A stretch of 61,203 bases of DNA from a virus (IMGVR_UViG_3300042564_004703:1-61203); one strand, 5' to 3'; shown: positions 35,914 through 47,023, counted from the first letter of the stretch. Translations and numbers: made by a program. The notes: generated by a model not told the origin, from the letters alone.

Positions 35914-38697
35914 ATGAGTGACAGTATAAATCACGCTTTCTTTAGTAATGTTGGAAATAGTGGAAGTTATACAGACTCCCTACCTAATCAAACGAAAATT
36001 TCAAGTAAAAAGAAAGAAGCGTTTAAAAAAGGTACACTTGACCGACTTGAACAAATTGCGGAGAAACAATATATAAGAAATCAAGAGCTTGTCAAATTTT
36101 ACCAAATGGTAAGAGGTGAGCTTGTATACTCTGATTATGCTTTATCTGATGTTACTAATGAAATATTAGAACTTAGAGAGGAAGCTGGTATTCCCGCACA
36201 CGCAAAACACTATGACTTTTTAGGACTGATTATAAACCAAATAAAAGGAGAATATCCTAACTTTAGAGATTTATATCAAATAGCCACTAATGATGAAGAG
36301 TCAGATAATGAGTTTATGCGTGACCAAGAAGTTAAAGTAAAAGATTGGCTTACAAATCACTTTCAATTAGAACTTAAAGAAGGACTTTTAAAAAGAGGTA
36401 TCAATGTTGACACTCAACAACAGTTTCAATCAGAAGAGGAACAACAACAATATTTGCAACAAGTACAAGCTGAAAAAGATAAGTTAGTGCCACCTGAAAA
36501 AATACAGGAAAACTTACTTAAATCTTTCAAAACAGTTGCCTCAGAATGGGCGGAAAAAACTTTAGAAAGAGATTGGACAAGAGATGACTTCAATATGGAG
36601 CATGACAGTTTACTAGAAATAGAAGATTACATGCTAACAGGAAGATGGTTCAGACATTATCACATAGGATATGACTATTACAAACCTGAGCGTTGGCATC
36701 CATGTGAAGTATTCTTTTCAGAAGATTTAGATATTAGATTTCCTCAACAAGCAGAATACGTAGGCAGACTTACATTTATGAGTCCATCTAATATAGTTAA
36801 TAGATGGGGAGATAAGATTCCTGAAGATACTCAAAAAAGACTTTTAGGATTTTACAATGAGCCAAGCGAAACGGCAGGAAACGTAAAAACAAACAGCTTA
36901 GAAAAAATAGTTCAAAATAACTTTGGACAAACACAAATAGTACCATTTGAAGGTTATCACGATTATGACTTAACTTTACAAATGCAAAATCTTTTTGATA
37001 CACCATTTGGAGAAACAGTAGTTTTAGATAACGGCGAACAAAAGAAAGTGCCTGCTTGGTTCTCACCATTACAAAGAGGAAACTCTTTTATGAATAACTC
37101 TTACGCTAAAAACCTTAGAAGCGATATTATTCCAAGAAATGATTTAATTCAAACAGTAGAATGTTATTGGAGAAGTTGGAGAAAGGTAGGAGTATTAAAC
37201 TACACAACAGAAGACGGATTTTTAGACACAGTATTTGTAACAGACGATTTACTTCCTTACTTTTTAAAGGAGAATGAAATTAAAGTTTTAAAAAATACCA
37301 CTTTAGAAGAAGCAGAAAAAAATCCACAACCAAATACAGTTGTTTGGGATTGGATACCTGAAGTAAGATGGGGCGTAAAGATAAAAGCACATAATTCATT
37401 CTTAAATGAAGATTTATATTTAGGAGGAGACCCTGCACCTGTTCAAATGAAAGGTAGTAGTGAGGTTTATGATGTTCAATTACCTGTTGCAGGGTATATT
37501 GGAGATTCAATGGCTAAAAAACTACACCCTTACATCATTAAGCACAATATTGTAATGAACCAAATCTACTCTTTACTAGAGAAAGAACTAGGAACATTCT
37601 TCTTATTTGATGTAAAATATTTACCATCAGAATATAAAAATAACACAAATGTTCGAGAATCACTTGAACAAATGTATGACATTATCCAGGATTTAGGTAT
37701 TGTACCTGTCGACACCTCAAGAGCTAATATGGAAGGTTCACAACCTCAAATGAACGCTTTTGGTATGCAAAATATGGATTTTACTGCACAGATTAATAAT
37801 AGAATGCAGTTGGCTACCCAATTCAAACTACAAGCTTTAGAGCAGATTGGTATTACACCTCAAAGATTAGGAGTAGCAAGTCAGTATTCAACGGCAGAAG
37901 GAATTAAGCAAGGAATGACCGCAACTTACGCACAAACAGAAAGTATATTTAATGTAATGTCTGTTTCAAGTAAAAAAGCAACTTTATTACACTTAACAGC
38001 TTCTCAATACGCCCAAAAGAATTATAAAGATTATTTCTCAACATTTACAAAATCTGATGGCTCAAAAGCATTTATAGCATTATCAGACCCTAATTTTCCA
38101 CTAAGAAACTTTGGACTTACTTGTGTAAATTCTTCAACAGATAGAAAAGAATTAGAGCTTTACAAACAAACAATGCTTCAAATAAATACAGCTAATAATG
38201 ATATGTTAGCATTTGCAGAAATTGTTTCAGCTAAATCTATGACTACAGCTATTGATATAGGTAGAAGAAATAGAATAGAAGCACAAGCTCAAGAAGAAAG
38301 ACAAAGACAACATGAGTCAGAACAGAATGATAAACTTATTCAGGCTGATAAAGATATGGAAACTTTGAAACATGAAAGAGCTAAAGAGCTTGAAAATATT
38401 AGAGGTGAATATAAGCTAGAAGAACAACAAATTAATGCTTTTGGTAGAATTTCTCTAAGTGATAACCCTGAAGCAAGTTATGATAGATTAGACAAAACTA
38501 CTCAAAATGCTATCCAAAATAATTTTAAAGAAAAAGAAATTGGTTTAAAAGAACAAGAACAGTCAAGAAAAGTAGAGGAAGGGTTGACTAGTGTTAAAAT
38601 GAAACTAGCGGAGTTAAAACTAAAGCAAAATGAGCAAAGACTTAAAGAGAAAGCTATAGATACTCAACTACAAACAAGTTTAATAAATAAGAACTAG
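35914..38697 (+). CDS. Portal protein
   Basis: 927 aa after TerL; HYDFL, VECYW, GITPQRLG and C-terminal coiled coil as in crAss-like portals. Confidence 0.88.
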   Translation: MSDSINHAFFSNVGNSGSYTDSLPNQTKISSKKKEAFKKGTLDRLEQIAEKQYIRNQELVKFYQMVRGELVYSDYALSDVTNEILELREEAGIPAHAKHYDFLGLIINQIKGEYPNFRDLYQIATNDEESDNEFMRDQEVKVKDWLTNHFQLELKEGLLKRGINVDTQQQFQSEEEQQQYLQQVQAEKDKLVPPEKIQENLLKSFKTVASEWAEKTLERDWTRDDFNMEHDSLLEIEDYMLTGRWFRHYHIGYDYYKPERWHPCEVFFSEDLDIRFPQQAEYVGRLTFMSPSNIVNRWGDKIPEDTQKRLLGFYNEPSETAGNVKTNSLEKIVQNNFGQTQIVPFEGYHDYDLTLQMQNLFDTPFGETVVLDNGEQKKVPAWFSPLQRGNSFMNNSYAKNLRSDIIPRNDLIQTVECYWRSWRKVGVLNYTTEDGFLDTVFVTDDLLPYFLKENEIKVLKNTTLEEAEKNPQPNTVVWDWIPEVRWGVKIKAHNSFLNEDLYLGGDPAPVQMKGSSEVYDVQLPVAGYIGDSMAKKLHPYIIKHNIVMNQIYSLLEKELGTFFLFDVKYLPSEYKNNTNVRESLEQMYDIIQDLGIVPVDTSRANMEGSQPQMNAFGMQNMDFTAQINNRMQLATQFKLQALEQIGITPQRLGVASQYSTAEGIKQGMTATYAQTESIFNVMSVSSKKATLLHLTASQYAQKNYKDYFSTFTKSDGSKAFIALSDPNFPLRNFGLTCVNSSTDRKELELYKQTMLQINTANNDMLAFAEIVSAKSMTTAIDIGRRNRIEAQAQEERQRQHESEQNDKLIQADKDMETLKHERAKELENIRGEYKLEEQQINAFGRISLSDNPEASYDRLDKTTQNAIQNNFKEKEIGLKEQEQSRKVEEGLTSVKMKLAELKLKQNEQRLKEKAIDTQLQTSLINKN

Positions 38698-38704
38698 ATT
38701 ATAA

Positions 38705-38779
38705 CCTTATAAAGTTTATAAGGAGTGTTAACCAAAAATATAAGGATTTTTCGTATATCAAAATAATAACATAAATTTG
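38705..38779 (+). promoter_or_regulatory. Late promoter with extra palindromic TTATAAGG copies
   Basis: CCTTATAAAGTTTATAAGG palindrome, then ATATAAGGA (38738) and TAAATTTG (38772). Confidence 0.65.
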
Positions 38780-38789
38780 CAAAATAAAA

Positions 38790-39890
38790 ATGAACCAAGA
38801 AGAAACCACACAAGAATTTTCATTTGAAGACATAGCTAATCAATTCTCAGTTGAAGCTCCATCAGCAATGACAGAAGTAGAATTAGATTTAACAGAGGAA
38901 AATGAAGAACAACTTCCACCTGCACCAACTACAGAATTAGAAATAGAAGAAAAAGAGGTTGCGCCAAAAGAGGAAGAAGTAAAACAACCACTACAAAATT
39001 TTACAAATTATAATAGTGTAGTAAAAACATTATTAGACTCAGGAGAGTGGGAAGACATTCTAATAGAAAAAGAAGACGGAACAGAAGTTAAGTTATCTGA
39101 ATTAGGAGAAATCCCCGAAGAAGAATTTAAACAGATTATTCAAGACCAAAAAGCTTTAAAAGCTGAGGACACAAAAGATAAATATATTCCTGTTGAAAAT
39201 CTTTCAGAAGATAAAAAAGCAATCTTAGACATCTTATTAAAAGGTGGAGACTTAAAAGAAATCTTCAAAGAACCACAAGCTCTAGTAAAACCTTACACAG
39301 AAGAGTTAGGTTGGGATTTAGATAATGAAGTACACCAACAAGAAATTGCTTTTAGAAGATATAAGAGATTAGGTCATTCAGATGCAAAAGCAAAATCTTT
39401 AGTTGAAATAGACATTAAAGAAAGCGAACTTGATTTAGTAGCTAAAGAAGAAGTAAAACTTTGGCACCAAGATTACGACAGCAGACTTAAAAAAGTATCA
39501 GAAGATTTAGAAGCAGAAAAAGTCGCCGAACAAGAAAAACAGAAAGAGTATAAATCTAATCTTAATAAGTTAGCAAAAGAAGCTCAATATCCTGACACAC
39601 TTGTTAAAAAACTTGTAGACTTAGGAACTAAAAAAACAGAGAATGGTAATATAGCTTCAGACGAACTATATGAAAAGCTTATAGAAGACCCAAAAGAAGC
39701 TCTCGAATTAATCTTTTTTATGGCGGATAAAGAAAAGTATCTTGCTGAAAAAATGAAAGAAGTAAAGAGAGCTACACAATTTGATGGGATGAGAAAAATA
39801 AGTAGAATCGCCAAAGAAACATCTAAAAAACCTGTAGAAACAGAAACTTCAAAAGAAGATACGTTCTCAGTAGAAATCATAAACAATTAA
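38790..39890 (+). CDS. Capsid scaffolding-like protein
   Basis: Acidic helical 366 aa protein between portal and MCP. Confidence 0.65.
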   Translation: MNQEETTQEFSFEDIANQFSVEAPSAMTEVELDLTEENEEQLPPAPTTELEIEEKEVAPKEEEVKQPLQNFTNYNSVVKTLLDSGEWEDILIEKEDGTEVKLSELGEIPEEEFKQIIQDQKALKAEDTKDKYIPVENLSEDKKAILDILLKGGDLKEIFKEPQALVKPYTEELGWDLDNEVHQQEIAFRRYKRLGHSDAKAKSLVEIDIKESELDLVAKEEVKLWHQDYDSRLKKVSEDLEAEKVAEQEKQKEYKSNLNKLAKEAQYPDTLVKKLVDLGTKKTENGNIASDELYEKLIEDPKEALELIFFMADKEKYLAEKMKEVKRATQFDGMRKISRIAKETSKKPVETETSKEDTFSVEIINN

Positions 39891-39911
39891 CAATTTAAAT
39901 AAAAACAAACA

Positions 39912-41630
39912 ATGAGCGTAACACAATCACCAATTAAGATGATTCACAATGGTGACTTAGTGATAGGTATGACAAATAAAAAGACTGTTCAGTCAATGGC
40001 AGGATACTTTGATACAACCACACTAAGTTCATTCTACGAACAAGACCCTGATAAATACAACTTAGGGCTTATGAAATTATGGGGACAACAAGCTAAAACT
40101 TCTTACCCTATCTATCAAGCTTTGATGGAGAAAAAAGCAATGTTAAATGTAAATGGAGCAGACGGTTCATTTACTTATGAAATTGCAATCAAAGATTCAG
40201 GAAAGTGTATGACTATCCGTGATTATTCGACTACTTATCCTAATGCAGGTTTAGATGGTTCTATTTTTAGAATTGCTACAAATAAAAGATATGCGCCAGG
40301 GGTAAAATTAACAGTTGACTTAATGTATGGCGAGCATCAAATTATTGTTACAGATGAAGAACCAATTCGTCAAATTCCTGGCGGATGGGACATGCCTGTA
40401 AAATTAACAGATGCAGACAGAGAAGCTTCTTATGACACTTCTTTATTAGTTTCAGGTATTCAATATTTCCAAGTAGGTCACTCTGTTTTTGGAGAATATG
40501 GTACAAACTATGAGAATTTTGATTTAATGGACACTCCAACTACCATGAAATGTATGTTCCAATTAGGGAATATGAGTGGAGCAGAATCTTATATGACAGG
40601 TAGAGCAGGAATGAAATCTTTCTCAGGAGCATCTTCAAGAGCCAAAGAGTATTTAAGTGAATTAGAATCAGAAGCAAATGACTACGGAGAATTCTCTTTC
40701 ATCACAGAGGCTACAAATGTAACAAAAGGTGAGAATGGAAAAGTAGGATTCAAAAAAGGAAGCTTACACTTAGGAAGCACTATCCAAATGTTGCTTCACA
40801 AAAAACACCAAAAATCAGTAGCAACAGAACTTTTATTCCAAAAAGCAGGTACAGTTCAAGGTACTAATGGTATTACTAAATTAAATGAAGGTATTTTCCA
40901 CCAAATCAGACGTGGTAAACTTATCCAATATGGTAGACCAATGGGTATTACTCGTGCTCACATTATGGAAGCTGTTCAATATATCTTTAGAGTTAGTGAT
41001 TTAGCAGAAGAATTAAGATTTGTAGAATTCTCTGTAGGTACTTATGCTAAACAAAATATGTATGAAATCTTTAAAGATGAGATTAATGCACAAATGCCAC
41101 AAATTGAAAGATGGTTAGGAGCAGATGGACAACTACCAAAACCTGTTGTAACAGGAGCAGATAATCTAAACTTAGTTTTAAACCCTGTACGTTTTGTAGA
41201 ATGTTATTTACAAGGTATTGGTAAAGTTAGAATTAAACACGACCCTGCTTTAGACCACTATCCAGGAGCTGATAGATTCCAATCAGGAATGTTCCAAGGA
41301 GGTTTAGCACACACAGCTTACTCTATGGTAGTTTGGGATGTAGCTGACCAAAAATATAGTAACAACAAAACTTTACCACAAGGAGCAACTTTGGTTGAAG
41401 GAGCAGATGCAGGAGCTAACATGTATATTGTTAAACCTGAACAAGCAATGACATATTGGGGTTCTGAAAATGGGCGTTACTCAATGGAATCAAATGCTAA
41501 CATTGTATCTTCAAGTAAGTACCAAACACAAGGGTTCTGGATTTATTCAATTTGTGCTTCCTGGGTCGCCGACCTCTCAAGATATGTAATTATTGAGTTA
41601 GACCCTTCTTATAGAAACGGATTAAACTAA
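39912..41630 (+). CDS. Major capsid protein
   Basis: 572 aa in the TerL-portal-scaffold-MCP order; EGIFHQI, KHDPALD; followed by a terminator. Confidence 0.85.
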   Translation: MSVTQSPIKMIHNGDLVIGMTNKKTVQSMAGYFDTTTLSSFYEQDPDKYNLGLMKLWGQQAKTSYPIYQALMEKKAMLNVNGADGSFTYEIAIKDSGKCMTIRDYSTTYPNAGLDGSIFRIATNKRYAPGVKLTVDLMYGEHQIIVTDEEPIRQIPGGWDMPVKLTDADREASYDTSLLVSGIQYFQVGHSVFGEYGTNYENFDLMDTPTTMKCMFQLGNMSGAESYMTGRAGMKSFSGASSRAKEYLSELESEANDYGEFSFITEATNVTKGENGKVGFKKGSLHLGSTIQMLLHKKHQKSVATELLFQKAGTVQGTNGITKLNEGIFHQIRRGKLIQYGRPMGITRAHIMEAVQYIFRVSDLAEELRFVEFSVGTYAKQNMYEIFKDEINAQMPQIERWLGADGQLPKPVVTGADNLNLVLNPVRFVECYLQGIGKVRIKHDPALDHYPGADRFQSGMFQGGLAHTAYSMVVWDVADQKYSNNKTLPQGATLVEGADAGANMYIVKPEQAMTYWGSENGRYSMESNANIVSSSKYQTQGFWIYSICASWVADLSRYVIIELDPSYRNGLN

Positions 41631-41647
41631 GAATAAAAAATAGTGGA

Positions 41648-41671
41648 TAGCTCCTCTTTTTAGGGGAGCTA
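41648..41671 (+). terminator. Hairpin after MCP
   Basis: TAGCTCCTCT-TTTT-AGGGGAGCTA. Confidence 0.65.
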
Positions 41672-41681
41672 AAAACTAAAA

Positions 41682-41723
41682 TTATAAGAAATTTGCACAG
41701 TTAAAATATTTGTTGTATATTTG
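41682..41723 (+). promoter_or_regulatory. Late promoter in front of the homing endonuclease
   Basis: TTATAAGAA...TTTG...TATATTTG, 34-bp spacing. Confidence 0.65.
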
Positions 41724-41727
41724 CCAC

Positions 41728-43200
41728 ATGAGAAGTGATACATTAACAACAGAACAATTTATCAAAAAAGCAAAAGAAGTTCACGGAGACCTATATGACT
41801 ATTCAAAAGTAGATTACAAAGGTTCTAGGACTAAAGTAGAGATAGTTTGTAATACGCATGGAGTCTTTGAGCAAAGACCTGACACACATCTTGGAGGAGC
41901 ACATTGTTATAAATGTAGCAAAGAAAAAATGGGTAAAGGTAATAGGTTGAAAAAGGAGGAAGTTATTAATAAAGCTACTGAAATACATAAAGGATTGTAT
42001 GACTACTCTTTAATTGAAGAGTATACAGGATGTAGAAATAAATACCCTATTATTTGTAAAAAACACGGAGTATTTAATATGAGATTTGATACTCATTTAA
42101 TGCAAAGAGGGTGTCCTAAATGTGGTTTTGAAATAAAAGCTAAGAATACCTTAATCCCACAAGAAGATGTATTAAAGAGGTATAAAATAGTACACAATGA
42201 AAAGTACAATTACCCTAACTTTGAGTATAAAGGTAGTGAATTTAAAGTAAAAGTAGAGTGTCCCACACATGGAGTATTTGAACAATATTCTAAACAACAC
42301 ATGAAAGGTAATGGTTGCCCAAAATGTGTAACTACTGAATCAAAAGCAGAAATAGAGATTAGAGATTTTATCAGTAAAAATGTAGAGATAATATACTCAG
42401 ACAGAACAATACTTAGAAGTAAAAGGGAAATAGATATTTTTATACCCTCTAAAAAATTAGCAATAGAATATAACGGACTATATTGGCATTCGGAAAATTT
42501 TATTGAAAACACATATCACTTAGACAAAACAGAAGATTGTTTGAAACAAGATATAAAATTAATTCATATTTTTGAAGATGAGTGGATTTATAAAAAAGAG
42601 GTAGTTAAATCAAGACTTTTAAATTTAATAGGTTTTTCAGAAAATAAGATTTATGCAAGAAATTGTGAAATAAAAGAAGTTAATTCAAGAGAGGCTTTAA
42701 AATTTTTAGATGAAAATCACATACAAGGAAAAGTAGGAGCAAAGATAAGAATAGGACTGTATTATAACAATGAACTTGTATCTATAATGACTTTTGGAGA
42801 ACTTAGAAAAAGTCTAGGAAATAGTAAAAAAGAAGGAAGCTTTGAGTTATTAAGATTTTGTAATAAGTTAAATACAAATGTAGTAGGGGGAGCATCAAAA
42901 TTGTTGAAGCATTTTGAAAATAACTTTGAATATGAAGAAATAATTTCTTACGCAGACAGAAGATGGAGTAACGGAGATTTATATGAAAAATTAGATTTTA
43001 CTTTCATTTCTAAAACAAGACCTAATTATTTTTATGTTAGACTAGATAAAAGAGAACCTCGATTTAAATACCGAAAAGACATCTTAGTAAAAGAGGGCTA
43101 TGATAAAACCAAGACAGAAAAAGAAATAATGAAAGAAAGAGGATACAATAGAATATATGATTGTGGCTCTTTAAAATTTGTAAAAACCAAGAAAAAATAA
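41728..43200 (+). CDS. Hef-like homing endonuclease: 3 Zn-finger repeats, Vsr/PD-(D/E)XK-like nuclease, GNAT-like C-terminus
   Basis: Three C..HG.F...H....C..C repeats; EIDIFI..LAIEYNGLYWH; ELLRFC...GASKLL...SYAD; ATG at 41728 lies after the -7 box. Confidence 0.8.
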   Translation: MRSDTLTTEQFIKKAKEVHGDLYDYSKVDYKGSRTKVEIVCNTHGVFEQRPDTHLGGAHCYKCSKEKMGKGNRLKKEEVINKATEIHKGLYDYSLIEEYTGCRNKYPIICKKHGVFNMRFDTHLMQRGCPKCGFEIKAKNTLIPQEDVLKRYKIVHNEKYNYPNFEYKGSEFKVKVECPTHGVFEQYSKQHMKGNGCPKCVTTESKAEIEIRDFISKNVEIIYSDRTILRSKREIDIFIPSKKLAIEYNGLYWHSENFIENTYHLDKTEDCLKQDIKLIHIFEDEWIYKKEVVKSRLLNLIGFSENKIYARNCEIKEVNSREALKFLDENHIQGKVGAKIRIGLYYNNELVSIMTFGELRKSLGNSKKEGSFELLRFCNKLNTNVVGGASKLLKHFENNFEYEEIISYADRRWSNGDLYEKLDFTFISKTRPNYFYVRLDKREPRFKYRKDILVKEGYDKTKTEKEIMKERGYNRIYDCGSLKFVKTKKK

Positions 43201-43209
43201 AAACCAAAA

Positions 43210-44172
43210 ATGAGTGAAAAAATAACAGTATATAAAAAAGGAAATGGAGAAAAATTTGAAATTGAGATTGGGAAGTCTTATCAGATTATAAATAAGTTTG
43301 ATGCAAATGCATTAGACGGTTTCCAAAAACACAGAACAACAAAAGTACTAGACCCACAGGCATCTGTAACTAGAGTTCCTTTAGCTATTTGGGATGGTCA
43401 AAAAATGAGTTATGATATTGCACTTGATGAAAATTCAACAAGATTAAATAACATATTTAAAGATAAAGAAGACTTACAAAGACATTTAAAAGTAGTCACA
43501 AAAGAGATTTATAATAAACTGTTGTCTATCTATGGAAAAGATAAATTAGACGCTAAAAACATAGAATTTTGGGATGATTTTTGTTACCATATAACAGCAG
43601 ATAGTGTTTTAAATACAAATAAGCCTTTAGAATTAGCTCAATTATATTTCCTTATCATTCATGGTAAATTAGCACCTGTAGGTTTTGAAAGCGAAAACTT
43701 ATTTAAAAAATGTGCACAATTTTCAGTTGAAAATAAAGAAACAGTAGTTGGAGCAACACAAAAAAGAGAAATTGAGAAAAATAAAGCTATTGCAAAATTC
43801 GTTAATTTATTGGATGACGATAAAGAAGAACTAGCAACTTTATTAGAATATATAGGTATTACAGGATTAGATGAAGCTGATGAAGCATTAATGAACTCTG
43901 TATTTACAAATTGGTTGGATAAAGACGATAATCAAAATCCAAAACAATTCTTAGAAGTTTATGAAAAGTTCCACAAATCAAGTGCGGGAAAAACCTACAT
44001 GAAAATTTATAGAGCTTTAAAAGAACTGCACAGAAAGAAAAAGATTAAGAAGAATATGGATGGTGTAATATTTGAAGATGAAGTTTTAGGAAAAGACTTT
44101 AAAGAAGCTTCTAAAACAGTACAAAACTCTTCTGCTTTACTAGAAAAACTAGCAATTACCTTAGATGAATAA
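43210..44172 (+). CDS. Conserved virion-module protein
   Basis: 320 aa, position after MCP. Confidence 0.6.
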   Translation: MSEKITVYKKGNGEKFEIEIGKSYQIINKFDANALDGFQKHRTTKVLDPQASVTRVPLAIWDGQKMSYDIALDENSTRLNNIFKDKEDLQRHLKVVTKEIYNKLLSIYGKDKLDAKNIEFWDDFCYHITADSVLNTNKPLELAQLYFLIIHGKLAPVGFESENLFKKCAQFSVENKETVVGATQKREIEKNKAIAKFVNLLDDDKEELATLLEYIGITGLDEADEALMNSVFTNWLDKDDNQNPKQFLEVYEKFHKSSAGKTYMKIYRALKELHRKKKIKKNMDGVIFEDEVLGKDFKEASKTVQNSSALLEKLAITLDE

Positions 44173-44174
44173 AA

Positions 44175-44837
44175 ATGACAGCAAATCAAACCTATGAACG
44201 TTTCATAATTAAAATAAATGGAAACGCCACAACAGAACAATTAAGTTGTGATAAAGGTAGGTTTGCAAATATATATAACAATCAACAAAACAGAATGATT
44301 GAATATATATTAGAAAAGAGGTTTGAGGATGATATTAGGTATTTACAAAAAATATTAGTAGACGACAAAAGACTAATATCATCTTCGGTTCACCTTGACC
44401 ATGTAGACTTTACACTACCAAAAGATTTTTTTGACCATTCAAATTTATATTGTCTTGTTTCTAAAGACAAGTGTCAAAAACAAAAAATAAGTTGCTTTGA
44501 AATAAAAGATGATGACAGAAACAACATCTTAGACAATGAAATGATAAATCCATCATTCAAGTACAGAGAAGCTCCTTACCATTTTTCATCTGATAAAATA
44601 AAAATCTACACCGCAGATGAATTTACGATAGATAATGCAATCCTTTCTTACTATCGTTATCCACAACAAATTAAGTTAATAAATCCTGAAAGTCCTGAAA
44701 GTGATTTCTTGTCAGACCCTGAGTTTGATGATAAATTAGTAAATAGAATAGTTGATGCTTGTGTATCAGAATTCTTTTTAAATGGGGGCAATCAAAAATT
44801 TCAGGCAGAAAAAGTAAACTCGGTACAAAAACCGTAA
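44175..44837 (+). CDS. Tail ring/adaptor protein
   Basis: TLPKDF...SYYRYP...EF....I pattern of podoviral ring proteins. Confidence 0.6.
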   Translation: MTANQTYERFIIKINGNATTEQLSCDKGRFANIYNNQQNRMIEYILEKRFEDDIRYLQKILVDDKRLISSSVHLDHVDFTLPKDFFDHSNLYCLVSKDKCQKQKISCFEIKDDDRNNILDNEMINPSFKYREAPYHFSSDKIKIYTADEFTIDNAILSYYRYPQQIKLINPESPESDFLSDPEFDDKLVNRIVDACVSEFFLNGGNQKFQAEKVNSVQKP

Positions 44838-44877
44838 TAATAACAATCAACAATAAATAATTTAAAACAAACAAAAA

Positions 44878-46857
44878 ATGAGTTTAGACAATTCACAAAA
44901 CAGAGCGTTTTTTCCTTTAGATGGTGCAGTACTTACATCAGGGGGTTCTTTGAACGTAACTGAAGGTGTATTAGCAATCGTGGATAATGACCCACAAGCA
45001 CTTACACAAAACGGAAAAAAAGTAGTTTCAAGTTTCGTAGGTTTACCAAAACATAAAGATTTCCAAATCTTGTTAGGTAAAAAAGACTTACCTGTAACAA
45101 GAAGCACAGACAACAAACCTTATGCTTCATTACCATTCAAATTGAGTGAAGTAGTAGATTTAAAAGTATTTGCACCAAAATCAGTAGGTGTAAAAGTAGA
45201 TGATTTCATTGTAGGATTCAACGGAACAGACGGAACAGAATTATCATTAAAAAGTAATTCATCTTCTGTAATTGAATTAACTCTTTGTGGAGAACCAATG
45301 TTACAATTAGGGTACAAAACAGGAGAAGTTACAGTAGCTGTTACTTTGCAAGCACCTTATGTAGATGATAACGGGGTAGCTTTAGTAGGCGAATTTGCTA
45401 CAATGCAAGAAAGAGTAGAGTATGCGGTAAAAGAGTTCCAAAGAATGACCTTACTAGGTGGAGCACCAATCACTGACTATGTAGACATTATAGCTGTAAA
45501 TAGTGAAAATGGAGATTTAACAGGGACGGCTTACACTTTTAGAACTTTGACAGTAACCGACGCAGGAGATTCAAATGCTTATGCAAGAGTTCAAGCTCAA
45601 TATCCTACAGTAAAAATAGGATTAGCAGAAAGAGTAGGAGATGAAAAAACTGTTTATACAGTATTAGTTCCTTCAGCAACAGTTTTAGCTGACTTTGAAA
45701 TTACAAGCGCAGGAAGTTTGAAAACTTGTGAGGATTGTCCAAGTGGTTTCACAGCAACAGACGCAGGATTTGTATATCATATTACAGTAGAAGACGATGG
45801 TGTAGACTTGTCAACAACAGTAGATAATATTGCAGGGTATGTTTCAGGTTCTATTTCAAGAAAAGGAAATGCAGATGGAGTAGGTGTTTATACAGTGATT
45901 ACAAATGACGCACCAACAGAAGCAGAAATTGCAACATATAAAGCGTCTGCGGCAGTATTAGGAACTTCAGTAGTTACATTTGTAGGAAAAGTTTCTGAGA
46001 TTTGTACTCCTGATGCTGTGGTAGATGAAATTGCATGGGAAGTGGGAAAAACTTGTTATGCTACAACTAAAACTTTTGAAATAGTAGTTCCTGACGATGA
46101 TTGTGGAAATTCAATATTAACTGAATTACAAGCAGCTTTCCCTAATTTAACTATTGCCGTAAAATTAAACGAGGAAGATGACCCTGTAAATGCACTTTGT
46201 CAAACAACTTATACAACTACAATTGCGACTAATATTGTATGCGAAGAGTGCTCAAATGAATTTAGAGATTTGTTCACAGTAGAAGCTCCTAGAAACTTTA
46301 AACAAATAGCATGGACTTTAGTAACACCTGAAGCTTTTGATGAAGACGCTAAAATGGGAATCCGTTTCATAGGTAAAGAATTTAAAATGATTGGTTCAGA
46401 ATACTTCAGAGATGATATGCCAATGTATTGGACTTCTACAAAATTAAAAGTAGCAGGAGGTCAACCTACATTTGTAGCAGAATCTTGGAACAATCAAGAC
46501 AAACCATATAAAATAACTGTACTTTCTATTGCAGCAGACCCTGAAGCATTTGGAGCACAATTATGGCAAACAGAAGACGAATCAAGATTTTATTTTGATG
46601 GACTTCCAAGATTTGAAGGTAATAACTACGCTAAGTGGTTGTGGGGACAAGAAACAAAATTAAAAGGAGATGCTCAATACATTGATTACCAATTGACAGT
46701 AAATCCAATTAAAGGATACCAATACACTCCACATGCTTCTGAACAAATCACTTACAGAATTTTAGTAGAAGTAGGTAGACACACAGAAGTTGAAGCATTA
46801 CTTAATGCAGTGGCTGTAGGAGCAGGATTACCAACAGTCCAAGCTTTCGGAAACTAA
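44878..46857 (+). CDS. Major structural protein (crAss-like auxiliary capsid or tail protein)
   Basis: 659 aa, beta-rich, own terminator. Confidence 0.6.
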   Translation: MSLDNSQNRAFFPLDGAVLTSGGSLNVTEGVLAIVDNDPQALTQNGKKVVSSFVGLPKHKDFQILLGKKDLPVTRSTDNKPYASLPFKLSEVVDLKVFAPKSVGVKVDDFIVGFNGTDGTELSLKSNSSSVIELTLCGEPMLQLGYKTGEVTVAVTLQAPYVDDNGVALVGEFATMQERVEYAVKEFQRMTLLGGAPITDYVDIIAVNSENGDLTGTAYTFRTLTVTDAGDSNAYARVQAQYPTVKIGLAERVGDEKTVYTVLVPSATVLADFEITSAGSLKTCEDCPSGFTATDAGFVYHITVEDDGVDLSTTVDNIAGYVSGSISRKGNADGVGVYTVITNDAPTEAEIATYKASAAVLGTSVVTFVGKVSEICTPDAVVDEIAWEVGKTCYATTKTFEIVVPDDDCGNSILTELQAAFPNLTIAVKLNEEDDPVNALCQTTYTTTIATNIVCEECSNEFRDLFTVEAPRNFKQIAWTLVTPEAFDEDAKMGIRFIGKEFKMIGSEYFRDDMPMYWTSTKLKVAGGQPTFVAESWNNQDKPYKITVLSIAADPEAFGAQLWQTEDESRFYFDGLPRFEGNNYAKWLWGQETKLKGDAQYIDYQLTVNPIKGYQYTPHASEQITYRILVEVGRHTEVEALLNAVAVGAGLPTVQAFGN

Positions 46858-46872
46858 TAATAACCAAATATC

Positions 46873-46899
46873 GGGGAGGGTTAAAATCCTCCCTTTTTT
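46873..46899 (+). terminator. Intrinsic terminator
   Basis: GGGAGGG-TTAAAA-TCCTCCC-TTTTTT. Confidence 0.8.
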
Positions 46900-46903
46900 A
46901 AAT

Positions 46904-47023
46904 ATGAAAGTAACAATAGAAAGAAAACCTACTGAAGCAGAAAGAATAGCAATAGATAGAGCAGAACAAATACTATCAGAAGCTAAATTAACTTTAATAG
47001 GTACAAGACCAAAAGACAGGTAG
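46904..47023 (+). CDS. 39-aa peptide (below ORF-track cutoff)
   Basis: MKVTIERKPTEAERIAIDRAEQILSEAKLTLIGTRPKDR; stop overlaps the next start. Confidence 0.55.
   Translation: MKVTIERKPTEAERIAIDRAEQILSEAKLTLIGTRPKDR

Noticed and set aside
33120-41630. Introns or inteins in TerL, portal or MCP
   Set aside because: ORFs are uninterrupted and no intein splice-junction or LAGLIDADG motifs were recognised
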